DNA from: an uncultured Alphaproteobacteria bacterium | GTDB taxonomy: Bacteria; Pseudomonadota; Alphaproteobacteria; Rhizobiales; Hyphomicrobiaceae | DNA length: 64,000 bases | NCBI GenBank assembly: GCA_963746315.1 | Contig: CAVVAR010000002.1 | Location: forward strand, 32,320 to 96,319 | Direction of reading: 5' to 3' | Part shown: piece by piece, positions 37,483-47,344 of the stretch | Layout of the letters: every line of letters starts with the position of its first letter | How positions within the stretch are numbered: position 1 is the first letter of the stretch | The notes under the pieces: generated by a model | The model's input: the letters and a program-made list of their open reading frames with translations, nothing else | Database searches by the model: none | What the model was told of the DNA's origin: nothing | Made by a program: the position numbers and the translations under genes

Positions 37483-38718
37483 ATGGCGGTTGGCAGCGAC
37501 AGCCTCTGGCTCGTGATCCCGGCTGGGGAGACAGCGGCCGGAGGCTGGATCGACGACACGCTCCGGGAGCGTGCGGCGGAAAGCGGCCTCCTTTCGCGGA
37601 CGCCGCTCGCGGGGCAGTTTCCGCGACAGCGGGTGGAGGTGGTGGCGGGGCCGGACAGTGGGGCAGTCGCGCAACGGCTCTATCGCGCGCGCGGGTGGAC
37701 GGACGGGCTGCCGATCGTGCCGCCGACGACGGCGCGTGTGCGCGACATGCTGGCGTTCACGGACAGGAAGCCGAGCGACGCCCTGGGCGAGGTCGAGCCG
37801 CTGAAGGGGATAGCCACGATCGAGAAGGTCGCGAGCAATGCCGTGATGGCTGGTTGCCGGGCTGACTATTTTCCGGTCGTGCTGGCAGCGGTCGAAGCCG
37901 TGCTCGATCCGGCCTTCAATCTGCGCGGCCTCCAGACGACGGACGAGAACGCGGCGCCGCTGATCGTCGTCAACGGGCCGCTGACGCGGGCGCTCGACAT
38001 CAACGGCTCGTTCGGGGCGCTTGGACCGGGCTGGCGGGCCAATGCCGCGATCGGTCGTGCGGTGCGGCTGGTGCTCAACAATCTCGGCGGCGGGTGGCCC
38101 GGGTCGGTGTCGTTTGCGGGCCTAGGGCATGCCGGGCGCTACACGATGTGCATCGCCGAGAACGAGGTGCAGAGCCCGTGGGAGCTGCTGCACGTCGAGC
38201 AGGGCCTCGCGAAAGAGACCAGCGCGGTGACGTTGTTCCGGGCCGAGACGGCGATCAACGTGACGGGAGGGCTGGCGGAGATCGCGAGCGTGATGGGCTC
38301 GGCGGCGTCGGCCTTCCAGATCCTCTGGAACGGCATCGCCACCGTGCTGCTGTCGCCCGCCACGGCCAATGCACTCGCACGTGATGGGATGTCGAAGAAC
38401 GACGTGGCAGCCTGGCTGTGGAGAGAGGGGCGCTGGCCGGCGGATCAGTGGCGCGCGTCGTGGCTCTATCGCACGGTCGAATCGCCCGAGCGGTGGGCGC
38501 CCTGGGTGCATGCGTCGGCCGCGGACGGCGCAGTGGCACCGACGGCGCGACCGGAGGACATCACCGTCGTCGTGGCCGGCGGCGATATCCCGATCGCGCA
38601 ACATGTCTATTGCCCGTCGTGGGGTTTCCCGCCGGCACGCGTGGCGCGGGCGATCGCGTTGCCACTAGACTGGGAGAGGCTCCATGCCGAAGCACGCGAG
38701 GGAGAGAACGCAGCATGA
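37483..38718 (+). CDS. Uncharacterised protein, paralog 2 of the same unnamed family
   Basis: GWTDGLPIVPPTTARVRDMLAFTDRKP...NAVMAGCRADYFPVVLAAVEAVLDP...VNGPL is collinear with the upstream protein. It starts 5 nt after the upstream stop codon. Confidence 0.7.
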   Translation: MAVGSDSLWLVIPAGETAAGGWIDDTLRERAAESGLLSRTPLAGQFPRQRVEVVAGPDSGAVAQRLYRARGWTDGLPIVPPTTARVRDMLAFTDRKPSDALGEVEPLKGIATIEKVASNAVMAGCRADYFPVVLAAVEAVLDPAFNLRGLQTTDENAAPLIVVNGPLTRALDINGSFGALGPGWRANAAIGRAVRLVLNNLGGGWPGSVSFAGLGHAGRYTMCIAENEVQSPWELLHVEQGLAKETSAVTLFRAETAINVTGGLAEIASVMGSAASAFQILWNGIATVLLSPATANALARDGMSKNDVAAWLWREGRWPADQWRASWLYRTVESPERWAPWVHASAADGAVAPTARPEDITVVVAGGDIPIAQHVYCPSWGFPPARVARAIALPLDWERLHAEAREGENAA

Positions 38719-39632
38719 GCGGTAAGTGCGACGTGGCGGTGGTCGGCGGTGGGATCACCGGGCTCACGGCCGCGCATCATGCGGCACTGGAGGGCGCCTC
38801 GGTGGTGCATTACGTCGGGTCCGGTGTTCCGGGCGGCCTCGTCGCCAACGTCGGTGAGCTCGAGGGATTTCCGGCGGCGGGTAGCGTGGCCGCGCTCGAC
38901 GTGGCGCTGCGGCTCACGGAGGAGAACGAGCGGCTCGGTGTCGAGGTGGTGCCCGAGGATGTGGCGCGGCTCGAGGCGACCGGATCGCTGTGGCGGCTCG
39001 CGACGGAGGCGGGTACGCGCGAGGCGCGAAGCGTGGTGGCGGCCACCGGCGCGCGGCTTCGGATGATCGACGTGCCGGGAGCGGCGCGGCTCACCGACAA
39101 GGGCCTGTCGCAATGCGCATGGTGCAACGGCAGCCTTTATCGCGGGGCCGAGGTCGTGGTGATCGGCGGCGGCGATAGCGCCCTTCAGGAGGCGCTCCAT
39201 CTCGCGAAATATGCATCGCTGGTGACGATCGTGACACGAGGGGAGACGCTGAAGGCGCGGCGCTCGCTGGTCGACCGGGCTGCCGACAACGAGCGCATCG
39301 CGTTCCGGTGGGAGACGGATGTCGTCGAGGTGCTGGGCGGCGACAGCGTGACGGGGATCAACGTACGCGAGCGGACCGCGGGAGAGGTGGAGCACATCGG
39401 CTGCGCCGGTGTCTTCGTCTATATCGGGCTCGCGGCCAACGCCGACTGGCTCGCGGGGCAGATCGATCGCGACAGTGACGGGTGTGTGCTGACGGATGCG
39501 AGCCTTGCGGCGTCGGCAGCGGGAGTGTTCGCGGCCGGTGCCGTGCGCCGGGGCTATGGCGGGCGCCTGACACATGCCGTCGGTGAGGCAACGACGGCCG
39601 CGCTCGCTGCGGCGCGCCATGCGGCGGCTTGA
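38715..39632 (+). CDS. Thioredoxin-reductase-like FAD/NAD(P)H pyridine nucleotide-disulfide oxidoreductase
   Basis: The FAD motif is DVAVVGGGITGLTAA. The redox dithiol is CAWC (LSQCAWCNGSLY; compare CATC in TrxB). The NADPH motif is VVVIGGGDSALQEA, and GVFAAGAV is also present. The ATGA start overlaps the upstream stop codon. Confidence 0.8.
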   Translation: MSGKCDVAVVGGGITGLTAAHHAALEGASVVHYVGSGVPGGLVANVGELEGFPAAGSVAALDVALRLTEENERLGVEVVPEDVARLEATGSLWRLATEAGTREARSVVAATGARLRMIDVPGAARLTDKGLSQCAWCNGSLYRGAEVVVIGGGDSALQEALHLAKYASLVTIVTRGETLKARRSLVDRAADNERIAFRWETDVVEVLGGDSVTGINVRERTAGEVEHIGCAGVFVYIGLAANADWLAGQIDRDSDGCVLTDASLAASAAGVFAAGAVRRGYGGRLTHAVGEATTAALAAARHAAA

Positions 39633-39838
39633 TAACGGCTGCGAAATCGTGAATGGCCGTCTACGGCTCTTCACTAAAAATCAACCAATCTCATTCAGGC
39701 TCGACGGTCGCGAGAGGGCTGCCCGGGGATCACTTGCCCCGCTCCAGCCCAAATCGCGTCGCAATCCGGCCGTCGCCCACCCGTATCCACAGAAGTCGGG
39801 GAGCGACCGGATGCGATCGGACCGGGGTAGAGCGTGTC

Positions 39839-40873
39839 ATGCGGCACAAGACAATGATCGGAGCGCTGCTCGTCGTGGGCGCAGGAGTCCAGGGGGCAAC
39901 TGCGGCACCACTCGGCGACGAGGAGCTGAAGTCCCTGGTCGGCGGCAAGACCGTCACGATCGAGACGCCTCTCGGATTGCCCATCACTGTCAATTACGGT
40001 GCAAACGGCATGATGACCGGCACCACAGGTACGGCGCTCGGCGTCTATCTCGGGGCCGTGAAGGACCGTGGACGCTGGCAGATCAAAGGCGGAAAGCTTT
40101 GCCAGAAGTGGTTCAAGTGGCTGTCGGGTGAGCCGACGTGCCTGACGCTACGCCAGGAGGGCGCCAAAATCGCCTGGAGAAGTGACGAAGGCCAGACCGG
40201 AATGGCGATGATCGAGTCGGGGCCGCCGGCTTTCGACGGCGTGACCGCGTCCGGTCTCGGGCTTCCGCCACCAGCTCCCCCGCCGAAAAAATCCTCTGAC
40301 GTGGACCGTGTCGATGGGACCGGCTCGAAGCCTGTCACATCCGTTCCGCGGGCCAGCGTCGTGCCGGCGAGGCCGGCAGCAGCGAGCCGTGAGTCTGACG
40401 AGAAAAGCGTGCGTCCAGTGGCTCGGCCGGCACTGGTCGAAGCGCCGCGTGAGGTGCCGCGCCCGATGCGCGCGGTCGCGGACGGGGCCCGGCCACAATT
40501 CGCGCTGGCGAGCCTGGCGCCGGTCGGACCGGCTCGGCCAACTCAGCCTGTGCCGGAGGCGCCGTCATCGCAGGTCAGCTCTCCACCCAGCGACGAGCCG
40601 CCGGCCGATCCGCTGTCCATGCGCAGTGCCGGGGATGCCGCGGCGATCGCGGCGCTCGAGTATCGCTGGTGCCTCTCCAACGCATTCGCAAAAGGCCCCG
40701 CGCTGCCGACCTACGCGACGATCGCTGCTCCCGAGCTGGTGAGCGGGCCCAGTCTGCTGGCGGTGGCGCAGGAGCAGGCCTACGACGGCGAGCTGCCGTT
40801 GCACGAGGCCTCATGTCTCACGGAAGAGCCAGCGATCGCACTGTTCGGCAACCTCGGTCCGGCCGAGCACTGA
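39839..40873 (+). CDS. Secreted hypothetical protein with a Pro/Ala-rich C-terminal half
   Basis: The signal peptide is MRHKTMIGALLVVGAGVQGATAAP. A globular N-domain (GRWQIKGGKLCQKWFKW) is followed by a low-complexity P/A/S-rich region. Confidence 0.55.
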   Translation: MRHKTMIGALLVVGAGVQGATAAPLGDEELKSLVGGKTVTIETPLGLPITVNYGANGMMTGTTGTALGVYLGAVKDRGRWQIKGGKLCQKWFKWLSGEPTCLTLRQEGAKIAWRSDEGQTGMAMIESGPPAFDGVTASGLGLPPPAPPPKKSSDVDRVDGTGSKPVTSVPRASVVPARPAAASRESDEKSVRPVARPALVEAPREVPRPMRAVADGARPQFALASLAPVGPARPTQPVPEAPSSQVSSPPSDEPPADPLSMRSAGDAAAIAALEYRWCLSNAFAKGPALPTYATIAAPELVSGPSLLAVAQEQAYDGELPLHEASCLTEEPAIALFGNLGPAEH

Positions 40874-41021
40874 GCCAGGCCTGACGGTGGTTTGCGATCC
40901 GGCTGGGCCGGACACGCCGGCCGCCACGGGCCGCCATACTTGGCGTCGGCGCGTCTTCCTCGTTACCATCCGCGCCTGTAGCACCGACGGAGAGCGGTGA
41001 CGTGGGAGGCAGGAGAGGCAC

Positions 41022-42182
41022 ATGGATCGCGCGTTGGGCGTTCCCGTCATTCGGCGGATACTTAGCTACATCGACGCCAACAGCACGGCCATGGCCGAGC
41101 GGCCGTGGAAGAACGATGTCACCGCCTATTACTCGCCGGATCATCTGAAGGCGGAGACAGACGTCCTCTTCCGGCGTCATCCGCTGCTGATGGGTTTGTC
41201 GTGCGACTGGCCGAAGCCCGGCGACTGGCGCACCGACGATCTGGCCGGTGTGCCGATCCTGATCGCACGAGGCGGCGACGGTGTGTTGCGGGCATTTCTC
41301 AACGTCTGCCGACATCGCGGGGCCAAGGTTGCACAAGGTTGCGGCCACGCCAGCGTGTTCTCATGCCCCTATCACGCTTGGACATATGGCCTGGACGGCC
41401 GACTGCGCGGCATTCCCGACGAGCAAGCGTTCGAAGGCGTGAGGGCGGAGCGACCGGGCTTGACCGCGCTGCCGCTGGCCGAGTGGAACGGCCTCGTGTG
41501 GGTGATGCCGACGCCGGCGGCGGACGGCGTGACGAGCCTCGACATCGAGCCCTGGCTCGGCGGTCTCGGACGGGAGCTCGCGTCCTACGGGGCGCAGACC
41601 TATCACCTCTACGAGAAGCGTCTCGTTCCCGAGACGATGAACTGGAAGGTGCTCGTCGACACGTTCCTCGAAAGCTACCATATCGGCTTCCTGCACAAGG
41701 ACAGCCTGACGTCGATCCTGATCGGCAACGTGGCGGACTTCGAGGCCTTCGGAGCCAATGGACGCATCGTTTTCCCGCGCCGAAAGATCGAGCGGTTGCG
41801 AGGGATGCCCGAGAGCGAATGGGACCTGATGTGGAACTCGGCCACGGTCTACTGCCTGTTCCCGAATACGCTGTTCGTGACGCAGGGTGATCATCTCGAG
41901 ATTCATCGCGTTTTTCCGGCAGAGGGCCGGCCCGACCGGGCGGTCATGGAGACGTCGTTCTATATTCCAAAGCCGGTCGCCAATGACGACGAGGAGCGGC
42001 ACTGGAAGGCCAACCTCGACCTCCTGATGCAAGTGGTGCTCGGCGAGGACTTCCCCACCGGACGCACGATGCAGATCGGCTTTACGTCGGGAGCGCAGGA
42101 TCACACGATCCTCGGCCGCAACGAGCCGGCGATGATCCACTATCACCAGTCGCTGAGGCGGGCGCTCGGATTGCAGGTGTGA
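41022..42182 (+). CDS. Rieske [2Fe-2S] aromatic ring-hydroxylating oxygenase, alpha subunit-like
   Basis: The Rieske motif is CRHRGAKV...CPYHAWTY. The mononuclear iron motif is ESYHIGFLH. Confidence 0.85.
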   Translation: MDRALGVPVIRRILSYIDANSTAMAERPWKNDVTAYYSPDHLKAETDVLFRRHPLLMGLSCDWPKPGDWRTDDLAGVPILIARGGDGVLRAFLNVCRHRGAKVAQGCGHASVFSCPYHAWTYGLDGRLRGIPDEQAFEGVRAERPGLTALPLAEWNGLVWVMPTPAADGVTSLDIEPWLGGLGRELASYGAQTYHLYEKRLVPETMNWKVLVDTFLESYHIGFLHKDSLTSILIGNVADFEAFGANGRIVFPRRKIERLRGMPESEWDLMWNSATVYCLFPNTLFVTQGDHLEIHRVFPAEGRPDRAVMETSFYIPKPVANDDEERHWKANLDLLMQVVLGEDFPTGRTMQIGFTSGAQDHTILGRNEPAMIHYHQSLRRALGLQV

Positions 42183-42529
42183 TCTCGAGCGGGCGGCTTG
42201 ACAATAAATGTCGGCCACTGCGAAACTACCCAGAGAAAAGTTCCAGGCCGTCGGTCATCTGGTCGCTTGCCGTAAGGCAAATCCGGAAGCCGATTTGGGG
42301 TGATGTGATCGTGACCGGGGCGGTCGCGCTCGAAGCATTCGCCGCATGAGCCGACAACAAAAACGATGAAACCCGGGTCAACCGGTCCGTTTCGGGAGGA
42401 AGGCACCTTGAGGCTCGTCAACAGCCTGCGCGAGGCTTCGCGCGCGGCCGGTTCATCACGCCAAATCTCTGCTGCTCGGCTCTCTTCTGCACGGTGCCGG
42501 CCCGCGGGCCTGACAGGCGGCGCCCGTTC

Positions 42530-43339
42530 ATGAGCGAGGCGACGGCGGGAGCCAATACCTCGTCCCACATCGACCTCGCGGTCGACGGTGTGGCCAAGCG
42601 CTTCGGCGGCGTGGTCGCCTCGGCGGGCGTGTCGATGGACGTGCCGAAAGGCAAGATCGTCTCGGTGATCGGCCCGAACGGTGCGGGCAAGACCTCTCTG
42701 ATCAACATGATCTCGGGGTTCTACAAGCCCGATACCGGCCGAGTGGTGTTCCAAGGGCGCGATATCACCGCGCTCAAGCCGTACGAGATCGCAGCGCTGG
42801 GCGTGGCGCGCACGTTCCAGAACATCGCGCTGTTCTCGGGCCTGACGGTGCTCGACAATCTCATGCTCGGACGGCACGTCCGCATGCGCTCGAGCGTGCT
42901 GGCGAGCCTCGTCTACTGGGGGCCGGCGCAGCGCGAGGAGATCAAGAACCGCGAGGTCTGCGAGGAGCTGATCGAGTTTCTCAAGCTCGAGGACCTGCGC
43001 AAGCAACAGACCGCTGCACTCGCTTATGGCTTGCGCAAGCGCGTCGAGCTCGGCCGGGCGCTGGCGCTCGAGCCGAAGCTGCTGCTGCTCGACGAGCCGA
43101 TGGGCGGCATGAACCAGGAAGAAAAGGAGGACATGGCCCGCTACATCCTCGACGTGAACGGGGAACGCGGCGTCACCGTCGTCCTGATCGAGCATGACAT
43201 GGGCGTCGTGATGGATATCTCCGATCATGTCGTGGTGCTCGACCGTGGCCGCAAGATCGCCGAGGGCACGCCGGCCGAGGTGCAACGCGACCCGGCCGTG
43301 ATCGCGGCCTATCTCGGCACCAAGCGGGAGAGCGAATGA
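42530..43339 (+). CDS. Branched-chain amino acid-type ABC transporter ATP-binding protein (LivG-like)
   Basis: Walker A is GPNGAGKTS. The signature and Walker B region is LLLLDEP.GGM. The LivG-type C-terminus is PAEVQRDPAVIAAYLG. Confidence 0.9.
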   Translation: MSEATAGANTSSHIDLAVDGVAKRFGGVVASAGVSMDVPKGKIVSVIGPNGAGKTSLINMISGFYKPDTGRVVFQGRDITALKPYEIAALGVARTFQNIALFSGLTVLDNLMLGRHVRMRSSVLASLVYWGPAQREEIKNREVCEELIEFLKLEDLRKQQTAALAYGLRKRVELGRALALEPKLLLLDEPMGGMNQEEKEDMARYILDVNGERGVTVVLIEHDMGVVMDISDHVVVLDRGRKIAEGTPAEVQRDPAVIAAYLGTKRESE

Positions 43340-45276
43340 TGAGCCTCTTGGAAACGGCGGAGACCTCGACGCTCCCCAAGCTCGTCGTGCGCAATGCCCG
43401 CCACTTCGGCTCCGAGCCCGCGATGCGCGAGAAAGACCGCGGCATCTGGCAGACCATGTCGTGGAGTGATGCGGCGGCATTCCTTCGGGACTTGTCGCTC
43501 GGCCTCGGCACGCTGGGGTTCGGGCGTGACGACAAGCTGTCGGTGGTCGGCGACAACAGACCGGCGCTCTATCTGGCTCAGCTTGCCGCGCAGGCGGCGG
43601 GCGGCGTGGCGATACCCGTCTACCAGGACGCGATCGCGACCGAGCTCGTCTACGTGCTGAACCACGCCGAGGTCTCGGTGATCGTCGCCGAGGACCAAGA
43701 GCAGGTCGACAAGATCCTGTCGCTGCGGGACGAACTGCCCAACCTGAAGTGGATCGTCTACGAGGACCCGCGCGGGCTTGCCGGATCGGACGAGCCGCTC
43801 CTGATGTCGCTCGAGGACGTGCTCGCGGCAGGGCGGAAGGTCGAAGGCGGAGCCGCCAAGTTCGAGCGCGAGCTGGCCCTCGGTGGCGCCGACGACGTAG
43901 CGATGATTGCCTACACGTCGGGCACGACGGGGCGGCCGAAGGGTGCGCTGCTGACGCACCGCAATATGGTCGGCACAGCTGAGAACTACATCAAGGGCGA
44001 GCGGGTGGATCGTGGCGACAACTGGCTCGCCTTCCTGCCGATGGCCTGGGTAGGCGATGCGATGTACTCGCTGGCCGTCGCGCTGGTGGCCGGTGCCACT
44101 GTCAACTGTCCGGAAAGCCCGGAGACGGTGCAGCGGGACCTACGCGAGCTGGGGCCGACCATCGTGCTGGCGCCGCCGCGGATCTGGGAGACGCTGCTGA
44201 CGCAAGTGCAGGTGCGTGCGGGGGATTCGTCGTTCCTCAAGCGGCGCACGTTCGAGTATTTCATGAAGCTCGCGGAGAAGCGCGAGCTGCTGCTGCAGGA
44301 CGGCAAGCCGGTGCCACTCGGGACGCGGCTCGGCTATGCGCTCGGCGAGTGGCTGGTCTATGGGCCGGTTCGCGATCTGCTCGGGTTCCGGCTGACGCGC
44401 TGGGCGGTCACGGGTGGGGCACCACTCGGTCCGGACACATTCCGCTTCTTCCGCTCGATCGGCATCAACCTGAAACAAGTTTACGGGCAGACCGAAGCGT
44501 CGGCGCTCGTCGCCTTTCAGCGCGACGGCAACGTCGATCCAAACACGGTCGGCGAGCCGGTGCCGGGGCTCGAGTTCCGGATCGCGGAGAATGGCGAGCT
44601 GCAGGTGAAGGGGCCGGGCGTGTTCATCGGCTACTACAAGCAGGATGACGTCACGGCCGAGACCAAGACCGCAGATGGCTGGCTCAGGACGGGCGACGCG
44701 GCGGTGATCTCGCCGCAAGGGCAGCTGGCGATCATCGACCGTGCGAAGGACGTCGGCCGGCTTGCCGACGGGACGCCGTTTGCGCCGCAGTTCATCGAGA
44801 ACAAGCTCAAGTTCTCGCCATTCATCCGCGAGGCGGTGGCATTCGGTGATGGCATGGACTTCGTCGCCGCGATGATCGCCATCGACATGGAGACGGTGGG
44901 TAACTGGGCCGAGCGCAAAGGGCTCGCCTATACGAGCTTCATGGATCTGGCGCGCAAGCCCGAGGTGGCCGGCCTGATCGTGCAGGAGGCGGCGAAAATC
45001 AACGCGACGCTCCCGGAAGAGACGCGCGTGCGGCGCGTGCTGCTGCTGAACAAGGAGCTCGACGCCGACGATAACGAGGTGACGCGGACCCGGAAGGTGC
45101 GTCGCAGCTACGTGGCGGAGAAATACAAGCCCGTGATCGACGCCTTCTACGGCGGCAAGGACAGCGCCGCAGTGTCGATCGAAATCACCTTCGAGGATGG
45201 GCGCAAGTCGACGCTCGACGCCACGATCGCCATACACGACGTGCCGCCAGCCGGCTCGGCGAAACAGGCGGCTTGA
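43336..45276 (+). CDS. AMP-binding long-chain acyl-CoA ligase embedded in the ABC operon
   Basis: IAYTSGTTGRPKGALLTHRN, YGQTE, GWLRTGDA...IIDRAKD. The ATGA start overlaps the LivG-like stop codon. Confidence 0.85.
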   Translation: MMSLLETAETSTLPKLVVRNARHFGSEPAMREKDRGIWQTMSWSDAAAFLRDLSLGLGTLGFGRDDKLSVVGDNRPALYLAQLAAQAAGGVAIPVYQDAIATELVYVLNHAEVSVIVAEDQEQVDKILSLRDELPNLKWIVYEDPRGLAGSDEPLLMSLEDVLAAGRKVEGGAAKFERELALGGADDVAMIAYTSGTTGRPKGALLTHRNMVGTAENYIKGERVDRGDNWLAFLPMAWVGDAMYSLAVALVAGATVNCPESPETVQRDLRELGPTIVLAPPRIWETLLTQVQVRAGDSSFLKRRTFEYFMKLAEKRELLLQDGKPVPLGTRLGYALGEWLVYGPVRDLLGFRLTRWAVTGGAPLGPDTFRFFRSIGINLKQVYGQTEASALVAFQRDGNVDPNTVGEPVPGLEFRIAENGELQVKGPGVFIGYYKQDDVTAETKTADGWLRTGDAAVISPQGQLAIIDRAKDVGRLADGTPFAPQFIENKLKFSPFIREAVAFGDGMDFVAAMIAIDMETVGNWAERKGLAYTSFMDLARKPEVAGLIVQEAAKINATLPEETRVRRVLLLNKELDADDNEVTRTRKVRRSYVAEKYKPVIDAFYGGKDSAAVSIEITFEDGRKSTLDATIAIHDVPPAGSAKQAA

Positions 45277-45286
45277 GGAGACGGGA

Positions 45287-46180
45287 ATGCAAGAAGAGCT
45301 TGAGTTCCTGTTCGCCCTGTTGATGAGCGGCTTATCGATCGGCATGATGTACTCGCTGATCGCGCTCGGCTTCGTGCTCGTCTACAAGGCGACCGACGCC
45401 ATCAATTTCGCGCAGGGCGAGTTCGTCATGCTGGCGGGCTTCATGTGCGCGACGGTGCTGACCTACAATTTTCCCCTCTGGCTCGCGATCCTGATCGCGA
45501 TCGGGCTCATGGTGGGATTCAGCTTTGCCCTGGAGAGGGTGGTGCTGCGCCCCCTTCTCGGGCGACCGGTGGTGGCCGTGATCATGGCGACGATCGGCCT
45601 GGCGGCCATTCTGCGCGGATTGCCGCCGATCACGATCGGCGCGCAAACCAAGACCATTCCGCTGCCGATCGGCGACGAGCCGGTGCAATTCTTCTGGGCG
45701 TCGCTGCCGCCGATCCAGGTGCTCGGCATCGCGGTGTCGGCGCTGTGCCTCGCCGGGTTCACGTGGTTCTTCATGAAGAGCCGGATGGGTGTCGCGATGC
45801 GCGCCGTCGCCGACAACCAGCAGGTCGCCATGGCCATGGGTATCAACGTCGAGCGCTACTTCGCGATCGCGTGGGCCATGGCGGGAATCGTCGCAGCGCT
45901 CGGCGGCATCATCTGGGGATCGATGCTCGGCGTCGACACGCAGCTGGCGCTGGTCGGCCTCAAGGTGTTTCCCGTGGTCATCCTCGGCGGGCTGGATTCG
46001 ATCATCGGCGCGGTGGTCGGCGGTCTCATCATCGGCGTCGTCGAGAGTATCGCGGCTGGGTATCTCGACCCGGTCGTCGGCGGCGGCACCAAGGATTTCG
46101 CGCCTTACGTGATCATGATCATCGCGTTGATGTTCAAGCCGTACGGCTTATTCGGCAAGCGCAAGATCGAGCGCATCTGA
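45287..46180 (+). CDS. Branched-chain amino acid-type ABC permease (LivH-like)
   Basis: LLMSGLSIGMMYSLIALGFVLVYKATDAINFAQGEF. GAGGAG lies upstream of the ATG at 45287. Confidence 0.9.
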   Translation: MQEELEFLFALLMSGLSIGMMYSLIALGFVLVYKATDAINFAQGEFVMLAGFMCATVLTYNFPLWLAILIAIGLMVGFSFALERVVLRPLLGRPVVAVIMATIGLAAILRGLPPITIGAQTKTIPLPIGDEPVQFFWASLPPIQVLGIAVSALCLAGFTWFFMKSRMGVAMRAVADNQQVAMAMGINVERYFAIAWAMAGIVAALGGIIWGSMLGVDTQLALVGLKVFPVVILGGLDSIIGAVVGGLIIGVVESIAAGYLDPVVGGGTKDFAPYVIMIIALMFKPYGLFGKRKIERI

Positions 46181-46210
46181 GGTCCATCCGACCAGAGGGA
46201 AGAGCAGCCC

Positions 46211-47278
46211 GTGTTCTATCGCGAAGCCGGAAACTTCAAGACCTCGTACGCCGACGACATGGCGCTGTTCCCGCTGCCGTTGACGCGGTGGAGCGCCTGG
46301 GCCCTGCTGGTGCTGTTCGCGCTGATCGTGCCGCTCGTCCTGCACGAGTACTATCTGTCGATCTTCAACCTGATCTTCATCGCCACCGTCGGCGCGCTAG
46401 GGCTCAACATCCTGGTCGGATGGACGGGCCAGATATCGATCGGGCACGCGGCCTTCATGTCGGTCGGGGCCTATACGGCGGCCAATCTCGCGACGAAACT
46501 CGGGCTGCCGTTCTGGGTGACGCTACCCGCGGGCGGACTGATGGCGGCCCTTATAGGTGCGATCGTCGGCATTCCATCGCTGCGCATCAAGGGTACCTAT
46601 CTCGCGATCGCCACGCTGGCGAGCCAGCTGATCATCGAGTGGATCATCAATCATACGCCGGCGATCTCGGGCGGCGCCTCGGCCTCGATCGAGGTCGCGC
46701 GGCCGTCGTTGTTCGGCTACGATCTCAAATCGCAGCGCGACCTCTATTTCTTCACGCTGTTCTTTGCGGTCGTGGCGATCGTCGCGACCATGAACCTGGT
46801 GAGGAGCCGGATCGGGCGGGCGTTCATCGCCATCCGCGACCAGGACATCGCGGCCGAGATCATTGGCATAAATATCTTTCGCTACAAGCTGATCGCGTTC
46901 GCCATCTCGTCGTTCTACGCGGGCGTGTGCGGGGTGCTCTACACCTACTATTTCGGGATCGCGAACTACGAGGCGTTCCAGATCGTGGTGTCGATCGACT
47001 ATCTCGCGATGGTGATCATCGGGGGGCTCGGTTCGGTGCTGGGATCGGTGCTCGGGGCGGTTTTCGTCACGGCGCTGCCGGTGGTGATCCGGCTCGTGGT
47101 CGAAGCATTCGGCGGCTACATCTGGGATACGGCCGCGCTGTCGGCGGTGGCGGCCAGCATGCGGCTGGTCATCTTTGGCGCGCTGATCATCTTCTTCCTG
47201 GTGGTCGAGCCGGAGGGACTCGCGCGGCTCTGGCGCAACATTCGCAATTATTTTCGGACCTGGCCTTTCTCGTACTGA
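46211..47278 (+). CDS. Branched-chain amino acid-type ABC permease (LivM-like)
   Basis: GLNILVGWTGQISIGHAAFMSVGAYTAA...IPSLRIKGTYLAIATLA. Confidence 0.9.
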   Translation: MFYREAGNFKTSYADDMALFPLPLTRWSAWALLVLFALIVPLVLHEYYLSIFNLIFIATVGALGLNILVGWTGQISIGHAAFMSVGAYTAANLATKLGLPFWVTLPAGGLMAALIGAIVGIPSLRIKGTYLAIATLASQLIIEWIINHTPAISGGASASIEVARPSLFGYDLKSQRDLYFFTLFFAVVAIVATMNLVRSRIGRAFIAIRDQDIAAEIIGINIFRYKLIAFAISSFYAGVCGVLYTYYFGIANYEAFQIVVSIDYLAMVIIGGLGSVLGSVLGAVFVTALPVVIRLVVEAFGGYIWDTAALSAVAASMRLVIFGALIIFFLVVEPEGLARLWRNIRNYFRTWPFSY

Positions 47279-47344
47279 GGGGGCCGGCAAGGCGTAACGA
47301 CAATAACAAGGCGTAACGACAACAAAGTGTGGAGGAGGTAACGC

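Noticed and set aside
42365-42532. A 55-codon ORF (MKPGSTGPFREEG...) upstream of the LivG-like gene, considered as a possible leader peptide.
   Set aside because: It has no ribosome-binding site and an Arg/Ser/Ala-rich composition, and nothing suggests conservation. There is not enough evidence to call it.
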